Source of the DNA: Nageia nagi
Taxonomy: Eukaryota > Plantae > Pinophyta
Length of the DNA: 64,000 nucleotides
Direction of reading: 5' to 3'
Assembly (NCBI GenBank): GCA_050084985.1
Contig: JBITNC010000001.1
Coordinates: forward strand, 159,898,001-159,962,000
Positions 26,588 through 38,173 of this stretch are shown piece after piece. Position numbers and translations under genes: made by a program. The notes below the pieces were generated by a model. The model saw only the letters and a program-made list of their open reading frames with translations, did not search any database and had not been told where the DNA came from. Numbering within the stretch: the first letter of the stretch is position 1; every line of letters begins with the position of its first letter.

Positions 26588-26753
26588 CCATAGGTTTGAT
26601 CATTTCATTTCATAGAAATTTCCTTTGTATTTTGCATAAAATGTGTTTGATGAAGTCTTGTGTTGTTGTCCTTGCAAAGATCTTGCATAGATATGATATG
26701 CACAATAGAAAGGAAATCTCTAACAACATGAAATGATCAAAAACCCTTTATGG
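26588..26753. repeat. Imperfect fold-back (MITE-like) with ~45-bp arms
   Basis: 26595-26638 tttgatcatttcat..agaaatttcctttgtattttgcata is the approximate reverse complement of 26697-26741. Confidence 0.65.
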
Positions 26754-29021
26754 ATTTTCAAGAAACTAGGTTGATGAGCTACCGACAAGACTATAGCTCC
26801 CCTCATTTGTCACTTTTGAAGTTCTTGCAACCCCTCCTAGTAGCATAGGGTAAGGGACTTCTATATCTTCATCATTACAAAACAGCTTCTTCCTACCATT
26901 TACAAATCAGGAAATTTGGACAAACATGTATTACTTAATTCCCATCTTCTTCTATGAGACCTTTACTTTGAATGATGGAAGAATCTCAAGGTGTCATAAT
27001 GTGCATCCTAGAATTGATCAACCAGATCCACTAAGCCCCAACATCTCTCTCACAAGCATACTTAAACATTGTATCTGATTTTTTGGGTTCTGAAATGATG
27101 ACAATGTGGCCTTTACTCTTCAATATGCAAGCATTGCTATAGATCCTACTGGACTTTTGTGACACTTTCAATTGAGTTATCATAAGTTACTTGTATATTA
27201 TTGTAATCCAATTTTGTTTCCAGTTTTCATTTTTTGGTGTAAGGCCCATTTTAAGCTTCTCATTTTTTTGCACACAACAATCTTCTTTTCGATTCCCATT
27301 GACATAATCTGATCACACATGGAAATTCATTAAAGTTCTTTCTTTCCTTCTTCCAAAAGATCATCTGGCAGCTAAGTTCAACTATAATGTAAGGATTCTG
27401 CAGTTCCGTTTCCAGACCTTATCCCTACTTCTCATATGAGATTGTAACTTTCCTAGTTATGGATGTTATTTAAATTTTTAATGTTTCTAGTGCTAATTGC
27501 TGTAGCAATTCGAGGGGAAGCAATAATTACAATTTTTTTTACTTTAAGATCTATTGAAACTCTCCAATCTGGCTGTTAATCTCAAGGGAAAGTTGTACTA
27601 CAGATTCTGGTTGTAATTCAATTTAAAAGACATTATATAATTGTTACTGCTTCACTGCATAAGCAGCCCACTAAGAATCTATGATAATACTTTGCAGTCC
27701 TCTTCTTCATCATCTATGTGAGAAAGAATTCAAATAATAATTTATTTTCAGTAGCGATTGATCCGCCAGCGCCATAAGTAGAGTTACGTTGGGATGGGGT
27801 TGGAGATCCCTCTAGACTGCCTACTCGCACCGCCTATATCAACTAGGGGTAAAAGCCTATCAGTAGACAATTCAAGGCAGAAGGGGGTGGTCCCATAACT
27901 TGTATCTCGGGCCCTATCCCTTCTGATCTTTTCTATTCTTTGGCCTCATTTCTAATTTATAAAGATGAATGATTTCATTGCATAGTTACACAAACACCAA
28001 ACCTAGGCTAGCATGTGTTTTAGAAAGGGAGAATAAAAATAATATGGAGCATGATGTCATGGAAGGAAATTCTTAGAATTAGTCCTACAAGGAATTAACC
28101 CCTAGCTAGTCTACACTAGTGCTTATTTATCTTGTGGATTTAGAATAAGTATGGTGCATTTTTGGACTAACTGCAAGTAGCTTTGCATGCATCCATAGAA
28201 TGTCATGGAAATTTGTGCTAGAATTGAATCAGCACCATGCATAGGAGTTGCGTAGTTGCACAGTTTTTGTATGTGCAAAGAGTCGTAAGGGAAACAAATT
28301 TGGTAATGGAAAATTTCAACTACTTGTGGTTGCGAGGAAGACTATGCCGTTTCGGCATGGAAACTTTCTTTTGTGCCACTGAGCCACCACTTGTTATATT
28401 GGGCTCGAAGGTGCTACTAAGGACAATTTTCTTGCACTCTTAGGATTATGGCATAGGTGTATAGCCATACTGGTGTATATGAGGTGGCTGTGTTGACATT
28501 GGATTGAGCTCCTTGGAAGGTCTACACTAACTATAATTCTTCCCCATATAGGACAGTTTGTTATGCATGCCACTTGAAAGATTGCATTTCCCTTAATTTA
28601 GGTGTTGTTATGTTGTTTGTTTTCAGGTTTGACTGGAATACTAAAAAGCCAATGGGGTAAGAACAAACAGAATCACATATCTTAGTCATATTTGATATAT
28701 ACAACCTAGATTATATTTGATATGAATAGTTTATGCATATGATGAATATCAGTATCTGTATATACAACAATATGTTGCTAAGCAATACACAAACTAAAAA
28801 AATGCAGGTCAAGACAATAATAGAGAAACAAGTTGAACTTTTTACAAGAATGTAATTAGTAGGATATGCTACTAGAAAATAAAGACTGCAAAGTAATAAC
28901 TGTCAATTCTGGAAATGCTCACTAAGCACTGAATGCAGTAGATAATTTCTAGACTTGGTCATTATAAATTATCATTATATCAGTAGATTAAGTGCAACAC
29001 ATTTCAGCTGCATATGCTTAC

Positions 29022-29127
29022 CGGATGAGAACCACTATGGTGTAAAAACTCAAGAGCCGCATTGCAAAAAAATCCAAAGCGCTCAACATCATCCTTCCGG
29101 CCATAGATACAACCAACCCAAAACATT
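29022..29127 (-). CDS. SS3: Starch synthase III internal exon, 106 bp (next exon after 51189-51298)
   Basis: Minus strand reads tatgcAG|A ATG TTT...CAT CCG|GTaagc and translates to (G)MFWVGCIYGRKDDVERFGFFCNAALEFLHHSGSHP. This matches the SSIII motif GxFWVGCIYGxxNDGERFGFFCHAALEFL...HP that precedes DIIHCHDW. GG+A completes the Gly codon. Confidence 0.93.
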
Positions 29128-30500
29128 CTGCATACATAAGAAATCAGATGCAGGTATCAGGTTAACAGTGAACTGGAAGCTACCTTCAAGCTCCTGTTGA
29201 CTGACTATCCTATCATCAACTAAAACGAAGTCCAGTACAACATGCAACTCTTTAACATAGAACACTAATATATCTATTTAAAAACAGCCTAATTAGAAAT
29301 ACAGTTTAAGATGCATTAAATGCAAGGGTGATCCTCTAGCAGCCACATATGTTTGAGTGAGTTTTAAAATAGCATCATGAAAAGATTGAACATAAAAAGA
29401 TCTTGTGCTCCAAAGAATACCTCACTTTTGTTGACTTCTCTCCAGATGCAACCATTTTATGTTATGATATCAATTTTGATAATGTCTTCGACTTTATGCT
29501 AATGCATCCTTTTGTTGAATTATCATCTTCCAGTGCAAGCATTTGAAGTTATGGTTTCAATATTGTTCATGTCTTATAGATTATAGTCTCAAAACATATG
29601 GAGATTTGATTTCCTAACTATATTTACATATCAGGAATTTCCCTAAAAGGTCTCTACTAACATCTACCACTGCACCTCAGAGGCTGAGTGCTTTCTGTAA
29701 TCTAATATGTAACTCTTCTGTGCTAAACTGCCATCAGCCATATTAGTATAGTCCAAGTTTAATGCGTGAAGAACTCCAAAAAACATTGCAAAACAGTTTA
29801 ATGCATGAAGAAACAATTATAAATACAAGGCAAGGGGCCTCCTTTTTAGCCACCCTAGTCCAAGTTTGAAGAGTTCCAGGTAGATGAGGGTGTGCATAGC
29901 AGGCTTGAGAGTCTTCATTGCAGTTGTAAGTGTTCTATGGAACCACTGAAATGTGTCGAACTGAAAAAATGAACACTACCCAAAACAAAAATACTGCAAA
30001 CAAACATAGATCTGAAATTTTTGGATTTTTATTCATTTTTTTCTTCACAAAAACCCTTATGCAAGTACAACTGGAGAAATAACAGTAGAAAAAACAATCT
30101 ACACATAGATCTAATAGAAAATCTGTTGCAGATGTCAAAACACTCCTCCAAGAAGCTGAATGTATGACTTATGGATCTGATTTGCATTTCAATCACACTA
30201 TACTGGCCTCCAAATGCTAGATCACTGCACAACCCCTCTAATTTTCCATTCAATAGGTTGATCTACAATTATGCTTCAATTTGCTTCACAAAATATATGC
30301 CCAAATCACAAACTCTAACATGGATTTGTTGGATCTGATTGGATAGATAGCTAATTGGTCTAGCCTCCGTTGGTTTGATCCAATAGGAACCCCAAAAATC
30401 TTTGAGAGACACTTCCAACAGTCTCCAAGAGCCCAAGAATTATGAGAATTCTCCAATTCAAGATCCAAACATCAACCACCACAAATGAAGCTCTAAACCT

Positions 30501-30648
30501 ATATATTTAAGTGTCTTTAAGTTATGTTTTAATCTCAGCCATCAGATCTGATCATTAATCTAAGGTTGTGATATAATTGATCTTTAAGGTTCTCTTAATG
30601 AGGATTGATCTTTTAATGTCAACCATCAAAAATCATCAATGGTTGTGA

Positions 30649-30718
<70 letters not shown>

Positions 30719-31030
30719 TTATGTTTTAATCTCAGCCATCAGATCTGATCATTAATCTATATATATATATATATATAGGTTGTGATATAATTGATCTTTA
30801 AGGTTCTCTTAATGAGGATTGATTTTTTAATGTCAACCATCAAAAGACATCAATGGTTGTGACTTATATATATATAGATTAATGATCAGATCTGATGTCT
30901 TTTGATGGTTGACATTAAAAGATCAATCCTTATTAAGAGAACCTTAAAGATCAATTATATCACAACCTTAGATTAATGATCAGATCTGATGGCTGAGATT
31001 AAAACATAACTTAGAGACACTTAAATATAT
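30501..31030. repeat. Inverted triplication with (TA)n inside the 3' LTR of element A
   Basis: Arms 30501-30638 and 30893-31030 are reverse complements. A second inverted copy lies at ~30716-30866, and (TA)n at 30651-30714. Confidence 0.92.
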
Positions 31031-31272
31031 TTCAAAAACGTCTTCCAAACTAAATGCATTAAATAATGTATTTTTCTAACCCAATGCTCTACCCAAATAC
31101 TTAAATAACTCCCGTAACCCATATACTAACATTTAAACTTGTCAAACCACATTTACTATCCCATATAACTCTCATTTTAACCACAAATTACGACAAAATA
31201 CCCTCAATGATGCCCAAACACATACAAAACACAAAAAGACAATATTTACAATGCTGGACAAATTTTGGAGAA

Positions 31273-32572
31273 TTACAAGTCTGCCCCTCCAAAATTGCTT
31301 GTCCCCAAGCAAATATAAATTGAATCTCGCAATCCTTTCCACTGAACTAGGTACTGAAAGATGGTCTTGTTTACCAACTGCTTCCTTCTGGTTTCAACAA
31401 TAGGCTGAACAGGAGCATCAAATTTTTCTACTGTATTCAAGAATGTCTTCGAAGCCAAATCTTTATACCTGAACTTGTGTCCTTCAAACCTGTCTAAGTC
31501 AGAAACATCTAGATCCATTAAAATTAAATAAAATTCAGTTGCAAAAGAATCGAGATCAGAATCCAATCCAATCCATTTGGGCAAAAAGACAGCTGATTTT
31601 AAACCATTTTCCATCAAGTATGCTTCCATCCACACTTCAATTGTAGTTGCAACTATTTTGATATGCTCCCAATGATGATGTGTAGTGCTCACATCATTTA
31701 TTTCTGACTTTCTACAGTCTCCTTTGTCAGAAAAACAACCTCTTACAGTTCTGCCCAGATTTGTAATGATAACTACAGGTAAAACTCCAATTTCTGAATT
31801 TCTAGGAACCAAAAACTGAAAAATGCCTCTGGCATATACTCCTGCTGGTTGAAAATCTGATCTGTCTAAAGATTAATAGGACAACATCATGTTCACCTCT
31901 CAATTCAACAACCATGTCCTTCCCCTGATATACATTTTCATTAAACAAATGTGGGTCATAATTTGGATCCAACTCAACCTTATTGATATCAAGTTGCACA
32001 TGTGCAGTCTTTTCCACATTTTTTGTAGCATCAAATGCAACTGCAAGAGATATGTATTTTGTTTCCTGAAAAGAAACAGAAGACTTGTTTGTATCTTCAC
32101 AAGGAACATCTTGGGGCATTACTATGCATACCTCACGTGGCAAGGGATTTTCTTCATCAACAATTTCTGATTTGTCTCCAAGATCCAAATCAACCATCTC
32201 CAAGACATTTTCTTTGCACAGTTCTTCATTTTTTACCTCCTCTTGCTGCTGCTCTAATGCTCTATGTGCAAATCTTGGTTCACCAACTGTAAATCTATGC
32301 TCTTCATGTGCAGATCTAGGCTTTCCAAGCGTAAATCTAGTTGATTCATATTTTGATCTATTTGTAGGTGGCCTCCAATCTTCACCCGCCTTCTTTCTTG
32401 TATACAACAAATATTGTTGAAATGCCATATTCATCCAATATTTTGCAGGCATCAACATGAAATTTTGATACCATGCATCCATCTCCTCCCAGGTAACATA
32501 TGTGGGATCCCTCGCCTTTATCCTCTTATCCACCCTTTTAATCATGGCTTCCAACCCCTTTTCAATATTCAA
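31273..32572 (-). pseudogene. Element A cargo ORF (two frames), ending in an integrase chromodomain fragment
   Basis: 256-aa and 179-aa ORFs overlap at ~31802-31812. The C-terminus is PIVETRRKQLVNKTIFQYLVQWKGL, then LLGDKQFWRGRLV in the shifted frame. No RT or integrase core. Confidence 0.7.
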
Positions 32573-33436
32573 TTGATTTTTTTTTTTTTTGAAATGCTCT
32601 CAAATCTTCAAATCACCGTAGATATGGTCTTAAATTTTCAAATTTGATCATAAACATTCAAGTCTCTTGACAAAACCTACAGATCTAATAGATCCAATCA
32701 CAAAAATTTTAGATCCAATGGATCTATTCATAATACTTTTAGATCTACCAAATCTCCTCAGAATAATTGCCAAATCTACTCACAAGCTGGCAAGATCTTG
32801 GCTCTAATACCACCGAAATTGTGTCAAATTAAAAAAATGCAAAATACCCAAAACAAAAATACTGCAAACAAACATAGATCTGAAATTTTTGGATTTTTTA
32901 TTTTTATTTTTTCTTCACACAAACCCTTCTGCAAGTACAACTGGAGAAATAACAGTAGAAAAGAACAATCCACACATAGATCTAATAGAAAATCCATTGC
33001 AAATGTCAAAACACTCCTCCAAGAAGCTGAATGTCTGACTTCTAGATCTGATCTGCACTTGGATCACACTATGCTAGCCTCCAAAGGCTGGATCACTGCA
33101 CAAACCCTTTGATTTGCTCTTCAATAGGCTGATCTGCAATTATGCTCCTGTTTATTTCACAAAATATGCCCAAATCACAAACCCTGATGTGGATTTGTCG
33201 GATCTGATTGGGTAGTTAGCTACTTGGCCTAGCTACCACTAGTTCGATCCAATGGAAAGACCAAAAATCTCTGAGAGACACTTCCAACAATCTCCAAGAG
33301 CCCAAGAATTATGAGAACTCTCCAATTCAATATCCAAACATCAACCACCACAAATGAATCTCTAACCCTATATATATATATATGCCATCTCAATGGAAGA
33401 TTAAGTCACAGCCATTGATGTCTTTGGATGGTTGAC

Positions 33437-35142
33437 CCTTAGAGTAATCCAGAAAAACATGACCCTCTTCAAGAAAAGAGGAAATCAGAAAAATTTTGGC
33501 TAAAGAGGTCAAACTTAGAGTGTTTGGGAGTGGGGAGTGTTTAGAGCTAGGTATAGAGGCTGTGAAGGCAGTCTAGGTATTGCAAAGGGAAGCAACAATT
33601 AAGAACAAATTACCCAAGCCAAGAAGAAGACTGATCCTCCAAGATCAGAAGTCTAGTGAAGATGAGGACCCAGAAATTGAAAAAGGAGTGATGACACATC
33701 AAATTGGGTCTAACATGAAAAGGAAGTTAAATTCACTGATAATGCAAGTGGCGTAGCAGGAATGACAAGGAGTAAAGTAGCAATACAATCAAAGGCTCCT
33801 TCCCCTAGTTCAAATGCAATGTCTTGGAGCCCTCTTCAAAAAGAGTAGCTTCAAAAGAACAGGGTGGTTCAAAGATTTCGGAATCTCTTTCTGATATAGT
33901 CACAATAGCCAAAAGAGTCTCAAAGGGATTGGGGACTCTTCTGAGAAGAGTCAAGAAGCAAATTATCAAGTAAAACAAAATAAGAAGAGAAAAAAAGTTG
34001 TCTTTAGTAAAATGTTTAATAGAACTGAAACCTCTCTAAGTTTGGAAAAGGAGAATGCAACAAAGTTAGGTCAAGGGCATAAAGAAAGAGTTAAACTCTT
34101 GGACTCTACAGCAAGCACTTTGAATATAAGAAAGACTAGGAGTTCAATCAAAAACAAGAATGCCATAACCGTTCCCTAGTAGAAAGAGGGTTGTATAGAC
34201 ACCAAGCTCATTTGGCAGGATAAGCGAGGATGTCCGATGAGGATGTGTCAAGGGGAAAGGGAATTTGGTGAAGGAACGTGAGCTCAACCCTTTGTACAAA
34301 AAAAGTGACATCCAAGTGATTAATTTGAAGGAGCATACCCCCCTCGGAAGAATTCAGAATAAGAGAGATTGGTAATCTCCTAAACAAAACAAAAATTCTC
34401 ATTAAGGAGGTAGATCAGGAGCAACATCAAACAAAGACAATTTTAGAGATTGTTGTAACTTGTTTGACGGAAACCGTGGAGGCAACTGAGAAGACTAAAA
34501 TAGGCATTCCCAAAATAGAGAAGACTATGGAAAGACAATCGTGGAAAATATTAAGCAACAAAATTAACAATGAAATGCTTGTTGAAGCAATTAGCAGAAA
34601 AACGGGAACACAATATTAAATATGATGAACTTGGACCGAACCCGAGATTCAAAGAAATTATGCTTAAGAAAACCTATAACAGGTTTTACAAAAATAATTA
34701 TGACGAGCAAAGCTTCTTGCCTAAAAACTAGAGCAGCAACGATGCAGAGCAAAATGCAGCAGATAACATGGACCATTGTTTTGAAGAAGATAAGTTATAA
34801 GATAGAATGTTGTGTTTAACCAGATGGGCTATATGTGTTTTGTGGCTTTGTTTCCTAGATACTTTGTGGCAATATGCTATAGTAGCAAGTAGTAGTTAAA
34901 CTTTTCAGCATTCATATTGTAATCTCTAACCTCTATAGAGGTTCTTGTTATTATACTTTGTATGCTTAACAGAGTCTTTTTGTTACTGATTTAGTAGTTT
35001 AATCGATCTAATATGCAAACTTAGGGACACATATAGGTGACAGACAAGTTTATCTAGACATTTTGTAAAAGGTTCAGAAAGATCCCTATAAACTTCCCCC
35101 TTTATGATTAATACAAAATTAACCCATTAATCAAAAAAAAAA
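33437..35142 (+). mobile_element. Poly(A)-tailed retroposed insertion (LINE 3' part or LINE-mobilised RNA) in the 5' LTR of element A
   Basis: Absent from the 3' LTR at GTTGAC|ATTAAAAGATC. Ends with ...TTAATACAAAA...CATTAATC-A10 and contains a decayed K/E-rich ORF. Confidence 0.7.
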
Positions 35143-35494
35143 GATCAATCCTCATTAAGAGAACCTTAAAGATAAATTATATTACAGCCTTAGATTAATG
35201 ATCAAATCTGATTACTGAGATCAAAACATAACTTAGAGACACTTAAACATATTTCAAAAACATCTTCCAAACTAAACGCATTAAATAATGTCTTTCTAAC
35301 CCAATACTCTACCCAAATACTTAAATAACTCCCCTAACCCATATACTAATATTTAAACTTGTCAAATCACATTTACTCATATGACTCTCATTTTAACCAC
35401 AAAATATGACAAATTAACCTCAATGATGTCCAAACACACAAAACTTAAAAAGGCAATATTTACAATACTGAACAAATTATGAGACATTACAACT

Positions 35495-37890
35495 TGAAAC
35501 AAACCAAATACAAATGTACACAAAACAATAATAATTCCACATGGCAAAATCTAATTTCTTTTATATTTTGTCTCTTCAATAAAGAAATCTTGCAACTATA
35601 GCAGATTCTAGGTAACAAAGACAATGCATTACAATTTTAGGTAAGCAAGACAATTATAGATCACTAAACACACCTTGAAGAGCTGATCAAACAGTTGTAA
35701 CACCTTCAAAACTCAAAATAGTTGTACTATTATCTCCAAGATAGACGACTGTTGGACAAATTTCTCAAAGTTGTCTTCAGTCAATTATCTCAACAAATAA
35801 CACTCTCAAGCCTCTATGCTATTGAACAAAGGTTGATATGCCCAAAATTGTGCCAGTATTGGATTGTCTTCACTAAAGCTCTTCCAAAATTGCATAGAAA
35901 TACCCTTCAAACCTGGATGTTGCACCGTGAAGGGAAAATATCAAGTGATCTAGGCACAAAATGTCCTCACAAGCATGACCATGGCACCCTTGATGAAATT
36001 CTGATCTGAAACAATATCTCCCAATGGAACGTACCTCCTCAAATAGTAAAATATGCCAGAATATTGTCTAAACACTTAATTCTCTAACATGCAAGCATGC
36101 ACACACAAATCTGAAATAGATATATCTTCAGATGGGTAGGAAGCCCTAGATCTGCACCTTTTACCCTTGCAAAAAATTTCCTTTCTACCTCTAGTTGGGA
36201 TGTTTGGCTTCCTGATACAATTTAAGCCATCAAACCTGCAAATGGCCCTTCCTAGGGCTGATGTTTGGCTCCCTATGACAGTTTTGGCCCTTATAACCTA
36301 CAAAACAGTCATCTCAAGGCTCACAACTTACTCCAATAGCCTCCAAAGGCAGGATCTCTGCTCAAAAACTTCTAACTTGCCCTCCAATAGGCAGATCTGC
36401 ACTTTAACTTCAATGATGCTCCCCAAATCAAGCCCAAATCACCAACCCTGATGTGGATTGGTCATATCCAATTGGGTAGATAGCTCTAGGATTTAATCCT
36501 TCAAGACTCCATTTAATTGATCTCCAATGGAAATCCCAGAAAACTCCAAAAAATGCAAGAGTCCAAAAGAGCAAAGCTCTTCCAAACTCCAAATTCACAA
36601 TCCCCACCAATGAAACCCTAAAGTCCCTTTTATTTTCAAAACCTAAAGTAAGATTAAGTCTCAACCTTAGATTTAACCATGGAGGGTTGAGATTAGATCT
36701 CAATCTCATAAGATATAATCTCATGTTGAGATCACTTAAGTTATATTGGACCTCACACAACAAAGAAATAATAATAATAATGATTTGAAAAATGTTACTT
36801 TATCAAATGCCTATAATATAGCTTTATTTTTAACACCAAAATCCTCCTAATGCCATAATTAACACTACTAACCTATGTACCAACATTCAAACTCGTCAAA
36901 ACACACTTATAAACCCCTATAACTCCTATTTTAACCATAAAATATGCTATAAAACTCTCAATGATACCCAAAAACACTTAAAACACACCAAAAAAAAAAT
37001 ATTTACAATACAAGAATTATTTTGGAACATTACAAATCTGCCCCTCCATAATTGTTTGACCCCAAGCAATGCAAAACACAATCCCCAATACTATCCGACT
37101 GAACCAACTATGATCCCAGGATTCCAAATTAATCTTGGAAGAGACTATCATGTTGATGTTGTAACACTTTGATGATAACTGAAACTCTATCAATAAGCGT
37201 TCCATCTATTGCCCACAGGAGAAGATCTGATGCTTTTGCCAAATCCATCAAATCTTATGAAACCTTGTGATATCTAAAAAATGTAACAAGAAGACTAACA
37301 ATCTATTGATTTATTCTCCACATTTGTTGACCTTGTTTAGCTGGTGTACTCTCAACATTCCCTTGTATTTCAAGAACTATAATCAACCTCTGCCAGAGCA
37401 ACAGTACAACAACCATACATAGTTTTTTTTTCTTTTCAAGCACCGCTTTGACAAGGTTTCCCACCTTGTAATTAATCCCTTTATCAACATTCAACCCAAT
37501 AGAAGCATCTAAACATCTATACATTTCAGAACAATTGTTTCCTACTTCCTTAATGAATTCAAGATTATTCTCATTTCCACGGTTCAAAGAGTGTTGTTTT
37601 TCTTTTGCTTCCAAGTGTTCAACTTTTTCTCTATCTAGCTTGAAGATTTTGCTGCCATGATGGAGGATGATTCGTGATTACTGCATTATTTTTCGGTATT
37701 ACCTTGTTTTTCTTGTCTTCCTTGGTTATCTTCTATCTAAAATAACCACTGAAAGTACTTTACATAAGTTTAATGAATTTGCTTTTGAGTCCACCTAGGT
37801 GGGACCCATCTAAGCTAGCCTACAACTATCATAACTTAGCCCAAATTTTCCCTTTTGCATAAATCAAGTAAATAAAGTCATTTTAGATTA
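35495..37890 (-). mobile_element. Element B: 3' LTR (37034-35495) plus internal 3' part of a related non-autonomous element
   Basis: PPT/LTR junction GGAGGGGCAGATT|TGTAATG is nearly identical to that of element A. The tail translates RLIWNPGI...LLGVKQLWRGRFV. No 5' LTR found. Confidence 0.75.
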
Positions 37891-38173
37891 GTTAAAATCA
37901 AGGGTTCACATAAACGAGCTACCCCTTTTTGGAGGGGCATTTCGGACATTTCCGACGTTCTGGAGTGGGGGAGTGGACATGGGCGTGTCTACCAGCCGTT
38001 CCCGATTTGGGGAGCATCTGGGAGACGTTCCTAAATGTTCCCTCCAAGAGGGGGGCCGTTCCCAAGTGCAAAATGGAAGGGGGAACATATAGGGAGCTCC
38101 CATATGCTCCCGATAGAATCCACAGAGCCACTAGTCACTCCTCAACTGCTACTGGGAGCATCTAGGCACTACC

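Larger units (their letters stand above)
29947..35491 (-). mobile_element. Element A: non-autonomous chromovirus-derived LTR element
   Basis: 5' LTR at 35491-32814 (contains an insertion), PBS at 32812-32801, internal ORF, PPT at ~31290-31281, 3' LTR at 31277-29947. No matching TSD seen. Confidence 0.88.

Noticed and set aside
300-29021. Next SS3 exon (DIIHCHDWSSAPVAW...), and the preceding exon (VGGLGDVV...) in 51299-64000
   Set aside because: Searched by eye on the minus strand and not found; a tBLASTn would be needed to exclude them fully.
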